Of a stretch of DNA of 64,000 nucleotides, positions 1 to 7,435 are shown one piece after another. Position 1 is the first letter of the stretch. The number at the start of each line of letters is the position of its first letter. The notes under the pieces are model-generated. The model made no database searches. It was given only the letters and a program-made list of their open reading frames with translations, and had not been told where the DNA came from. Origin of the DNA: a virus; IMG/VR virus record IMGVR_UViG_3300037541_000632, positions 37,265 through 101,264 of that record; one strand, written 5' to 3'. The position numbers and the translations under genes were made by a program.

Positions 1-70
1 CGACGTCTTCAGCGGTCTTCATTCCGCCATCCAACAACTTCTTGACGTAAGGTTCGAGTGTCTCATTCAT
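1..70 (-). CDS. hypothetical protein, 5' part only (runs off window start)
   Basis: ATG at 70 overlaps the stop of the 67..600 ORF (ATGA); frame MNETLEPYVKKLLDGGMKTAEDV is open to the window edge. Confidence 0.6.
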   Translation of the reverse strand, partial: MNETLEPYVKKLLDGGMKTAEDV

Positions 71-600
71 GGTTTGTATAAGAGTTTAAGTACTTTAGCG
101 ATGTCTTTGAATGACAAATTTAAATCGTCATTCAACGCAGTTAGTGATTTAGCGTCGTCGTAATGGAACACAGGAGTACCGTCTATTTCAAGTTCTTTTT
201 TATTATAAACGTTTACAAATACGCCTTTAGGCAGGTCACCGGAACTTCCTAAAATATTAAAAACAGGATTGTCACTCGCAAGGTAGTGTTCATCAAAATA
301 ATATACATCTGTCCCATCGCCTTTTTTGTCTTTAGATGAAGAGTAAGTAATTAAACGTCCTTGCGTCTTACTCAAAACACCAAGGCAGCAGTATCCTAAT
401 TTACCAGTACTTAATTTTTCACATAGCGACCTATAATTCTGTCTGTAATTACCGCTATTCAAAGCTGTAACCCAAGCTGTTAACCCGGGCAGCTTGATCT
501 TTTTGTAATCACTTGGTAATGATACCAATACATTAATGTTTTTACCTTTAGTAGTGGATTTGAATACTATTTCTTTTGTTTTACTTTTTTTATTTTTCAT
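67..600 (-). CDS. conserved phage hypothetical protein (W..AL.SG.Y.Q...YCCLGV type)
   Basis: 177-aa ORF; motif WVTALNSGNYRQ...YCCLGV is recurrent in phage hypothetical proteins. Confidence 0.7.
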   Translation of the reverse strand: MKNKKSKTKEIVFKSTTKGKNINVLVSLPSDYKKIKLPGLTAWVTALNSGNYRQNYRSLCEKLSTGKLGYCCLGVLSKTQGRLITYSSSKDKKGDGTDVYYFDEHYLASDNPVFNILGSSGDLPKGVFVNVYNKKELEIDGTPVFHYDDAKSLTALNDDLNLSFKDIAKVLKLLYKP

Positions 601-648
601 AAGGCTGTCTTAATTTGTATTGTTTTTAACCAAGCGACTCATGTTATT

Positions 649-1104
649 TTATTCTAAGTTGAAAATATATTTACTTCTTCCAAAGCCAAAGGTGACAGCG
701 CTTATGCCTGTAGTTTCTCTTTTGGACGCCGGATCGCCTTTTACCATCTCTCTGCTAATGTATTCATAATCCAGAGTAAAGGTATTCTCTTTGATGAATT
801 GAAAATATTTATACCAGGATTTAAATCCATATTTAATTTTACAGTAAAAATGATTGCTCAACCATCTACCCCCGGGAAGGAAGGCGAACCAACCATAGCT
901 AGCAATACGGTAGCCCATGTAAGCAGCTAACGGCTGAAAAATAAGGTTACGTACACTGTGGTTTATGCACAACAGGTATAGACATATAGTGGACGAAACA
1001 ATAAATAGTATAAAGGCTGTTAAAAATTCTTTATCGCGCATTAAAGTTTTTATAACAGAAAGCAAATTTTTTATTTTGTCTTTAGTTTCTATCATGGAAA
1101 CCAT
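649..1104 (-). CDS. hypothetical membrane protein
   Basis: hydrophobic stretch FLTAFILFIVSSTICLYLLCI; tight operon packing. Confidence 0.6.
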   Translation of the reverse strand: MVSMIETKDKIKNLLSVIKTLMRDKEFLTAFILFIVSSTICLYLLCINHSVRNLIFQPLAAYMGYRIASYGWFAFLPGGRWLSNHFYCKIKYGFKSWYKYFQFIKENTFTLDYEYISREMVKGDPASKRETTGISAVTFGFGRSKYIFNLE

Positions 1105-1109
1105 TGCGA

Positions 1110-1451
1110 CTATTCCTTTCTATTCTTCTGTAAAATTAAAAGTTTGTTGTTTAAATCAATTTCAAGCGCATGCCCCTTGTTTTCTTCAACTGCAATAGAA
1201 TGCTTATTAGCAAGTGCTAAAATAAATTGGTCCTTGAGAACAGAAACCGTTTTGATTTGCTCTTCAATCTGCTGCTCAATGTTAGCTACCATAGTAAAAA
1301 GAACTGTCTTTAGAGAACCTAACTGCAAATTGATAATGTTGATAAAAGCACATTCGTCATCTGTAAGAAGGAATTTTGTTTTATCATCAGGCTTGATCAA
1401 GGGTGTCAAATCTTCACCCATGTTAAAAATTTCTGTTGTGATGGGTTTCAT
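1110..1451 (-). CDS. hypothetical protein
   Basis: 113-aa ORF abutting its neighbours on the same strand. Confidence 0.7.
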   Translation of the reverse strand: MKPITTEIFNMGEDLTPLIKPDDKTKFLLTDDECAFINIINLQLGSLKTVLFTMVANIEQQIEEQIKTVSVLKDQFILALANKHSIAVEENKGHALEIDLNNKLLILQKNRKE

Positions 1452-1452
1452 G

Positions 1453-2358
1453 TTAGTTCATCCAGGGTGCGACTTCAGTAGTCTTTGTTAAATTATACGC
1501 AGGCTTGTTATCATCAACTTTATGTACCGAAACATTATCGTTTTCTACAATAATCATGCTCGCTTTGCTGACGTGACTCATCAAGGTTTTCATGACGTTT
1601 TGAGCTTTGTCCAGATCAAATTTTGGATTATTAAGATCAAGCTTTTCAAGCTCGATAATCATATTTCTGACTGTATTAATTTTATTCAAATCCGTACAAC
1701 CAGCCATTTTATACTTTGCTAAGTTGATCATTACAGATCTACCACAGTCAAAACAGAATTGTTTATTTTCATCTTTAACATTCTCTATATACTTAATCGC
1801 AGCAGCGGACGCATTAGGATGCCGCTCCATGTCAGGCACAAAGCACATAACACCACACGAAGTACAAGGCTCGCTTTCTTGAAAAACAATGGCTTTGGCA
1901 AGCAATGTAGCTTCAAACAACTTACTGGGATCGCTTTTGATTTTCTCATAAAGCTTATCCAGCTTAATTTTAGTCGGCATAAACATACCAATGCTAGACT
2001 TTTTATGAAAATTTAATTCAACGCCATTTAAAACAATCAACATTTCTGGCGTCACGCTTAAACTTTTATTTTCATATAAATTAATCAGCAGTTTATTTTT
2101 CATATAATTTTCACCGTTGAGTGCATAAAAATCACAGCCACTGTATGTTGCTGGATCTTTCTGCATTCTATTAACAAACTCTGCGTGAATCAGAGCACAA
2201 GAAGCATACCAAGTAAATTTACCGGTAGCTTCATCTTTAAGAATTGTCATTTGACCTTTTTTATTTAAACAAACACCAATAAAGGTGCGAGTAAAAACAA
2301 GTTGATCGTATATTTTGTCTAGAAGGATATTGAGGGGATTCTGTGTGGATGATGTCAT
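1453..2358 (-). CDS. hypothetical protein with possible Zn-binding CxxC pairs
   Basis: 301 aa; CTSC and CFDC motifs. Confidence 0.75.
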   Translation of the reverse strand: MTSSTQNPLNILLDKIYDQLVFTRTFIGVCLNKKGQMTILKDEATGKFTWYASCALIHAEFVNRMQKDPATYSGCDFYALNGENYMKNKLLINLYENKSLSVTPEMLIVLNGVELNFHKKSSIGMFMPTKIKLDKLYEKIKSDPSKLFEATLLAKAIVFQESEPCTSCGVMCFVPDMERHPNASAAAIKYIENVKDENKQFCFDCGRSVMINLAKYKMAGCTDLNKINTVRNMIIELEKLDLNNPKFDLDKAQNVMKTLMSHVSKASMIIVENDNVSVHKVDDNKPAYNLTKTTEVAPWMN

Positions 2359-2369
2359 ATAACTAAAAT

Positions 2370-2405
2370 AAAAGCCCCTGCCCGGAATTACCGGGCAGGG
2401 GTTTT
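2370..2405. terminator. intrinsic terminator, probably bidirectional
   Basis: GCCCCTGCCCGG-aatta-CCGGGCAGGGGT hairpin flanked by A and T runs. Confidence 0.8.
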
Positions 2406-2551
2406 GGGTTTGATGTCGAATTGGGCGACTAACTGACCTGTTAACCTTTTGACAATACTGCCTATAATATCAGGATCTACCTTTCCAGGATGCGCGCGGG
2501 CAGCGCATAACACGCTGCCCGCGATAGCCCTACGAAGCGCTTGCTGATTCT

Positions 2552-3178
2552 TCATGCTTGAATACGTTGCGCTGCAAGTTCAAAATCTGAACGAGCACAT
2601 ACAACGCTTTCCTCCAGTGCTTCCCGCAGCAGTGTCCAGCCTGCTGCGGCCTTTCCTGTTTTGTAATCCATGAAGGTCACACCATATGCGTGCGTGTACG
2701 CAATGGTTCCATCCATCTCATTGACGACACGCTCATATGAACGTCCCGACATAGTAGCAGGAAGGTCCTCCCAGACCGAAAGAACAGCAATCTTTTTGAT
2801 AAGATTACGTACAATATCTCTGTCAGTATCTGACAAGGAGATTTCCCACAGATTCCTGTAGGCTCTAGCTCCCAGTTGCTGGGCCTTGACTACCAGTTGT
2901 TGGTGCTCATCAGTGGCTGACATCTTGCGACGTGCAATCACTTCATTAAGCTCCGTCGCTGCATCCTCGGCGTAATCTACCGAAGACATCGCCTGTTTGA
3001 AGATCTGCTGTTCTTTACCGCTCCCATGCTCAGGTAACCAAGCATAGATTGCTCTTACTCTTTGGACGCTCTTATGTGCATCCATATCTGTCAAAATCTG
3101 ACAGATTCTATTTCCAGTCTCCTGCCCTTCGTATGTCAAGGACAGGAGACTTTCAGTGTGGTGGTGTTGTATTTTCAT
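2552..3178 (-). CDS. hypothetical protein (putative early gene)
   Basis: 208 aa; directly downstream of the conserved TTGTGTTATATA promoter motif and followed by hairpins and a terminator. Confidence 0.75.
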   Translation of the reverse strand: MKIQHHHTESLLSLTYEGQETGNRICQILTDMDAHKSVQRVRAIYAWLPEHGSGKEQQIFKQAMSSVDYAEDAATELNEVIARRKMSATDEHQQLVVKAQQLGARAYRNLWEISLSDTDRDIVRNLIKKIAVLSVWEDLPATMSGRSYERVVNEMDGTIAYTHAYGVTFMDYKTGKAAAGWTLLREALEESVVCARSDFELAAQRIQA

Positions 3179-3196
3179 GATAAATAGCGTGCTCCG

Positions 3197-3235
3197 CTAC
3201 AAATCTATATAACACAACAGCACCTTTTATATCAA
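3197..3235 (-). promoter_or_regulatory. conserved phage promoter motif (copy 1)
   Basis: minus strand TTGATA-N13-TGTGT-TATATAGATTTGT; matches five other copies. Confidence 0.7.
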
Positions 3236-3804
3236 GGCATACAGAGAGACTTAACCATATCCACTTTATCCGGGGAAAGGTTGAACTGCCCTACATACTG
3301 ATTAATAGGTAGTTTAGATTTAATTAAACTCTTATAACGTGGCACGTTACCTTTCGGTAATTTCACTTCCTTATCAGGAGTATGATTGGTTGTAGAAAGC
3401 GCCTGTACATTTTTAATAATCACAGTCTGAATATCTCCTGATTCAAATTCAGATTGGTAAAAATGCATACCACCCTGTTTGACTGTAGGATTCTTAAACT
3501 GCATTTCCTTAACAGGCTTATCGTCGCTCATGCTTTTGGTAAAGCTATCAAGCTGCTCTGTAACAGCAGTAGCCCACTCAGTAATATCAGCATCTGCAGG
3601 TCTCAATTCACTCATGAAGAACTCAGTTTCTTTATTGAGTTTTTCATGACTGGTCTTAATCAGATTTTTATATCCATCATCAGGTAGTAAAAGAACTACA
3701 TAATCTTTTACTGAACCATCTGAACTTTTATAACCTTTCAACATTAGCGTTCTATCTCCAGCTAATGCTTTTTCAATTTCAGTTTTAATTTCGTCTGTTG
3801 TCAT
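3232..3804 (-). CDS. hypothetical protein
   Basis: 190-aa ORF with an A/C-rich upstream region. Confidence 0.75.
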   Translation of the reverse strand: MTTDEIKTEIEKALAGDRTLMLKGYKSSDGSVKDYVVLLLPDDGYKNLIKTSHEKLNKETEFFMSELRPADADITEWATAVTEQLDSFTKSMSDDKPVKEMQFKNPTVKQGGMHFYQSEFESGDIQTVIIKNVQALSTTNHTPDKEVKLPKGNVPRYKSLIKSKLPINQYVGQFNLSPDKVDMVKSLCMP

Positions 3805-3828
3805 GGTGTTTGGGATTTAATAGCTAAA

Positions 3829-3863
3829 TAAAAAGGGCTACCACACTTAAGTGTGGTAGCCCT
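3829..3863 (-). terminator. intrinsic terminator
   Basis: AGGGCTACCACAC-ttaa-GTGTGGTAGCCCT followed by a T run on the minus strand. Confidence 0.85.
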
Positions 3864-3884
3864 CAGATTTACTGACTTGCGTTA

Positions 3885-4169
3885 TTACGCGTCAACCGTT
3901 TCAGCGGTGTCCGTAGTGTCAGCAGTGTGAACTTGCGCCAAGACTTTGTTACCGTCAGTCTTCTTGTGGTGCAAATCAAAGCCATGCTTTTCAGCGTGTG
4001 CTTTGACAGTATTCACTTCCAATGCTTCGATCTCAAAGGAGTCTCCATGTGTAAGCGAACCAAAGAATTCGTCCCACAGGCTCTTACGAGGCTTGGTGCG
4101 AACGCGTTTGATGTTGGCTTCAAGTGGCTCAAGTCCCTTGATAATTTCAGGCAGTTCTTTTCTCTTCAT
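3885..4169 (-). CDS. small hypothetical protein
   Basis: 94 aa, monocistronic, with its own terminator. Confidence 0.75.
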   Translation of the reverse strand: MKRKELPEIIKGLEPLEANIKRVRTKPRKSLWDEFFGSLTHGDSFEIEALEVNTVKAHAEKHGFDLHHKKTDGNKVLAQVHTADTTDTAETVDA

Positions 4170-4282
4170 ATCTATTATGTGGTTTGTGGTTATTTATATT
4201 CTGGATTTGGCTCACACCGCTTCCAGGAATAATTTAATGATGCCGAGATTTCTAAAGTAAGCAAGAAGAAAAAATCAAATTT

Positions 4283-4492
4283 TCAATTTTCAGTAGCTAA
4301 AGCAATGTCAGCAGGTTCAAAGTATTTATGCGCTTTATCATCCATAGCGTAGAATTCACTATTGATAACTGTAACGTCGCGGCGAACAGAACCGTCTTTC
4401 AAAATAAAAGTCACCGGGCGGTAGACTTCTTTGACTGCAGGAAAGTTCTGAATGGATTCCACTATTTCACGAGGCAAACAAAAGTATCGCAT
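4283..4492 (-). CDS. hypothetical protein
   Basis: 69-aa ORF in operon. Confidence 0.6.
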   Translation of the reverse strand: MRYFCLPREIVESIQNFPAVKEVYRPVTFILKDGSVRRDVTVINSEFYAMDDKAHKYFEPADIALATEN

Positions 4493-4495
4493 ACA

Positions 4496-4762
4496 TTATT
4501 TCTTAGCTAGTGCAGCGACTGGGAATTTAAAAGACACAGTTGCTACCCCGGCTTTACTTTTAACTTTAACATCCGAGAACTCGAGGCCTTTAGCAAAGGC
4601 ATCATTAATATTCTCGATAAGTCTAATACCAATTTCTTGGCGCTTATCAGGATCTTTGAGGTCAATGGCCAGTTGCGCCAATGTAAAATCGACAGCATTC
4701 AGCTGGTTAAAAATTGCCTCAACTTCAGGTACTTTGGTCGTGGAGTCTGTTTCGTCTGACAT
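4496..4762 (-). CDS. hypothetical protein
   Basis: 88-aa ORF in operon. Confidence 0.65.
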   Translation of the reverse strand: MSDETDSTTKVPEVEAIFNQLNAVDFTLAQLAIDLKDPDKRQEIGIRLIENINDAFAKGLEFSDVKVKSKAGVATVSFKFPVAALAKK

Positions 4763-4813
4763 GATTTATTTGATAGTTAAAGAAATAACACGCACTATGT
4801 GTGTTATTTCGAG

Positions 4814-4906
4814 TGGTAGCCCAGGCCGGACTCGAACCGGCAGTGTTTACCTCTTGGGTATCAGATTTTAAATCTGATGCGTTTCAACCAATTTCGCCAC
4901 TGGGCC
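4814..4906 (-). tRNA. tRNA-Leu(TAA)
   Basis: GGCCCAG/CTGGGCT acceptor stem, TCAGA-TT-TAA-AA-TCTGA anticodon arm, long variable arm, GGTTCGAGTCC T-arm, encoded CCA. Confidence 0.93.
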
Positions 4907-4913
4907 GTTATTA

Positions 4914-5189
4914 TTACAGTTTACCAAACTGGCTTACTTTTACTTTGCTCACAAAGACTTTGAGATCGTGTGGTAGATCGACCTCATCGATGTCTTTGAC
5001 TGCATCGTAAATTGTTTCCAGATACTTCTCTTTATCGACAGCCTCCTCATATGCAAGTGCATATTTTGAAATACTGTCGAAAATTTCTTGCTGCGTAGGC
5101 TGCCTAGTCAGGAGGGACATAACCACCATAATAAGCATTGGCAGATTAATCAGAACGCAGAGGTGTGCGAATTTAGCTTTTGGTGACAT
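4914..5189 (-). CDS. hypothetical protein with N-terminal hydrophobic segment
   Basis: 91-aa ORF. Confidence 0.6.
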   Translation of the reverse strand: MSPKAKFAHLCVLINLPMLIMVVMSLLTRQPTQQEIFDSISKYALAYEEAVDKEKYLETIYDAVKDIDEVDLPHDLKVFVSKVKVSQFGKL

Positions 5190-5190
5190 A

Positions 5191-5397
5191 TTAACTGTGC
5201 ATTAATTCTTGTTTTGCTTTGGTATAATCTAGAACATCTTTTTCTAGACTTTCAATATGCTGCGTCCAGAACTTTTGATTGTCTTCATTCTGTTCGCCTT
5301 CTTTCCACCATTTTTTCCAAAGATCTATTTTTTGCTTAATCGCTTCAATTTTATCTTCGATTGCTACTGCAGCTAATACTATAGTTTTGCTAGTCAT
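5191..5397 (-). CDS. small coiled-coil hypothetical protein
   Basis: 68 aa, heptad-like pattern. Confidence 0.65.
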   Translation of the reverse strand: MTSKTIVLAAVAIEDKIEAIKQKIDLWKKWWKEGEQNEDNQKFWTQHIESLEKDVLDYTKAKQELMHS

Positions 5398-5414
5398 GTT
5401 GTTGGTTTAAGTTG

Positions 5415-5446
5415 TGGGCGCGGCAGGAATCGAACCTGCCGCGCCC
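5415..5446 (-). ncRNA. tRNA minihelix-like hairpin (acceptor stem plus T-arm only)
   Basis: GGGCGCG-GCAGG-TTCGATT-CCTGC-CGCGCCC-A: 12-bp stem with a canonical T-loop and no D or anticodon arm. Confidence 0.7.
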
Positions 5447-5455
5447 GTGGAATCC

Positions 5456-5519
5456 CAGCTAGGGTAAGTCTCAGGATTTCTCCCTTGATCGAGGCATGGA
5501 GCCTCTTGTCCCCTAGCCG
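5456..5519 (-). ncRNA. putative structured RNA (three-way junction)
   Basis: CGGCTAGGG...CCCTAGCTG closing stem enclosing GAGGC/GCCTC and a second hairpin. Confidence 0.45.
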
Positions 5520-5528
5520 AGAAAATTG

Positions 5529-5660
5529 TTTGCCTATCGCTGCAAGAGTCCCCGGATAAGGTCCGAAGCGTATACTCTCTTGCACTTCTACCGCATGTCG
5601 GCCCAGAGGGCTACGCTCGTCATGATATCGGTATCCGCCAGTACAGACACGATAGGCAAA
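5529..5660 (-). ncRNA. putative structured RNA in tRNA cluster
   Basis: perfect 11-bp terminal inverted repeat TTTGCCTATCG/CGATAGGCAAA; internal TGCAAGAG/CTCTTGCA stem; begins right after a tRNA CCA. Confidence 0.55.
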
Positions 5661-5661
5661 T

Positions 5662-5737
5662 TGGTCGGCCCAGAGGGATTCGAACCCCCAACCAAAGAAT
5701 TATGAGTTCTCTGCTCTAACCATTGAGCTATAGGCCG
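5662..5737 (-). tRNA. tRNA(CAT), probably Ile2 (lysidine type) rather than Met
   Basis: 76-nt cloverleaf, CTCATAA anticodon loop, AGCTCAATGGTTAGAGCAG D-arm and TTGGT variable loop resembling ileX-type tRNAs, encoded CCA. Confidence 0.88.
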
Positions 5738-5746
5738 GAAAATTAA

Positions 5747-5878
5747 TTAGCAGTGCAGCTTCTTATCCATCAACGATGTTCTATTAGATACTTACTAGCC
5801 TTGCAATCTCCACCGTAAAACGGAGGCAGTCTTCCCGGCATCGCTTTCTCGCTGCATTTTATTGTGATGAACTGCTAA
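5747..5878 (-). ncRNA. putative rod-like structured RNA
   Basis: nested stems TTAGCAGT/ACTGCTAA, TGCAGC/GCTGCA and GCGATG/CATCGT separated by A-rich bubbles; lies between two tRNAs. Confidence 0.5.
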
Positions 5879-5884
5879 AATTAA

Positions 5885-5954
5885 TTTGTGTGGTACTACT
5901 GGTTACGGCTCTGTTTCGTACTTCTCCACGGCTAATATTATGGACGCACACAAA
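5885..5954 (-). ncRNA. putative small structured RNA
   Basis: terminal inverted repeat TTTGTGTG/CACACAAA; tRNA-sized but no cloverleaf recognised. Confidence 0.3.
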
Positions 5955-5974
5955 AATTGTTTATGTCAAAGAAC

Positions 5975-6049
5975 TGGTACCCGGTGAGGGAATCGAACCC
6001 CCATTGAAGCTTTAGAAGAGCTCTGTCCTATCCATTAAACGAACCGGGC
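5975..6049 (-). tRNA. tRNA-Arg(TCT)
   Basis: GCCCGGT/ACCGGGT acceptor stem, GAGCT-CT-TCT-AA-AGCTT anticodon arm, GGTTCGATTCC T-arm, encoded CCA. Confidence 0.92.
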
Positions 6050-6196
6050 GAAAAGGATTCCATGCATTAACCAACTTCACTCTAAGCGCAAGAGTTAATT
6101 TGATAAATACATGTCAACCTCACTCGAGGTTGAAGGACGCAAACGATACGTCCTGAAGATGTCTTGCCGCATACACCATGTGTACTATATTACCCT

Positions 6197-6553
6197 ATGC
6201 CTTCACCCTCGTCTTCAAAAAGAAATAGAGTAATGCGTCTGGCAAGAAAATACAACCTCGTAAAAAAAGCCGGAGGTCAATGTGTGATATGCGGGTACAA
6301 AAAAAATTTATCTAGTTTGGCTTTTCATCATATATATGAAAAAAAAACAAGGTTGTCTGGAAATCATTTAATTAAAATGTCTTTGCGTGGAGCAGAAGAA
6401 GAACTCAATCAATGCGTTTTAGTATGTCATAACTGCCACAGCGAAATTCATAATCCTGAAATCTCGCTAAAAAAGATTGCTAAAATGTGTAAACTTATTG
6501 ATGAAAATAAATTAACACATAATCAAGCATACAAGCAGTTCTTCGACAGTTAA
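6197..6553 (+). CDS. HNH endonuclease
   Basis: CVICG...LAFHH...CVLVCHNCHSEIH motif; ATG at 6197 preferred over the upstream TTG. Confidence 0.85.
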   Translation: MPSPSSSKRNRVMRLARKYNLVKKAGGQCVICGYKKNLSSLAFHHIYEKKTRLSGNHLIKMSLRGAEEELNQCVLVCHNCHSEIHNPEISLKKIAKMCKLIDENKLTHNQAYKQFFDS

Positions 6554-6600
6554 GGAAAAAGAAAGTTAGACCCGCGTCGTGATGGCTACGACGCGGGTCT
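6553..6600 (-). terminator. intrinsic terminator
   Basis: AGACCCGCGTCGT/ACGACGCGGGTCT 13-bp stem followed by a T-rich tail on the minus strand. Confidence 0.8.
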
Positions 6601-6654
6601 TGGTGCCATGAACCAAACAACAACACATGTGCCACCAGTGCTGTTGTTATCCCT

Positions 6655-6861
6655 TTACAGGGATATACTAGGCAGAGGATTGCCTAGCGCATTTTTAACC
6701 TGACTGCCCAGGTTTATTCCGTGCAAGCACGGCTGCCTAGCACGATGCGTGCCCAGCATTTGTATTTCCTGCAGAGTCTCATCTCCGGGATTACGGCTCA
6801 TGATATATTCCCGAGCTGCCAATATACCTACAATGCGTGGGTGATTATTGATGTGTGTCAT
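6655..6861 (-). CDS. possible small early protein (or part of a structured RNA)
   Basis: 68-aa ORF with an A/C-rich leader behind the conserved promoter, but its 3' half is a string of hairpins. Confidence 0.4.
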   Translation of the reverse strand: MTHINNHPRIVGILAAREYIMSRNPGDETLQEIQMLGTHRARQPCLHGINLGSQVKNALGNPLPSISL

Positions 6862-6918
6862 ATTATTATTATTCTATTTGTTTTTGTTTTATACCCATAA
6901 AGTATAGGTATTTGTGTA

Positions 6919-6955
6919 ACAGATATTACTATCCGTACAAATTTATATAACACAA
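6919..6955 (-). promoter_or_regulatory. conserved promoter plus 5' GNRA hairpin (copy 2; identical to 49892..49928)
   Basis: 37-bp exact repeat ACAGATATTACTATCCGTACAAATTTATATAACACAA. Confidence 0.8.
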
Positions 6956-6964
6956 TAACAAGTG

Positions 6965-7435
6965 TTATTGCGCCTTATATAGATCAACAACTGCTGCTAC
7001 ATCTTTAGCAGACTTCACCTGATGAATAAGAGCTCTGTATTTATACATGAACATCTTATTCTTTATTTTAAATATGTCAGTAAGGTGTCCTTTGGAATCT
7101 ATCACAAAGGCATCTGAAGGAATTACATTCTCCTGTAACTCACTATCCCGGGTAATGACGAAGTCTGCAGAATACCTAATCTCGCGCACAGCTTTACCGT
7201 CTGGACCTTTAAACTTCTCCTGTAAAAGAAAATCCACCTGCCTATGTATAGTCACACCTTCAGGTAAAAGTCTAGCCAACAACTTATATGTCTCTGCTTC
7301 CCATTTAGAATCAAAGACAATACCTTCGTATGTCCTTGCCTCTTTGGGAGAGACTTTATATCGCCCATACTTTGCACTCTTGTTTATCAGAGCCGCTAGA
7401 TTAGCTGCGGATGTTTTGTTACGCGGTACACTCAT
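6965..7435 (-). CDS. DUF1064-like PD-(D/E)xK nuclease
   Basis: FDSKWEA...RQVDFLLQEKF...IRYSADFV...VIDSKG. Confidence 0.8.
   Translation of the reverse strand: MSVPRNKTSAANLAALINKSAKYGRYKVSPKEARTYEGIVFDSKWEAETYKLLARLLPEGVTIHRQVDFLLQEKFKGPDGKAVREIRYSADFVITRDSELQENVIPSDAFVIDSKGHLTDIFKIKNKMFMYKYRALIHQVKSAKDVAAVVDLYKAQ

Noticed and set aside
965-2016. Numerous + strand ORFs here and across the window that overlap minus-strand genes
   Set aside because: Antisense shadows of well-packed operons, with no recognisable motifs
5394-5585. 63-aa minus-strand ORF
   Set aside because: Runs through the minihelix and other structured elements, has a non-ATG start and no protein features
5415-5660. tmRNA or hammerhead ribozyme
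   Set aside because: The acceptor has G3:C70 rather than G3:U70 and no tag ORF is evident; CATGACGAG...CGACA does not match the CUGANGA...GAAA core
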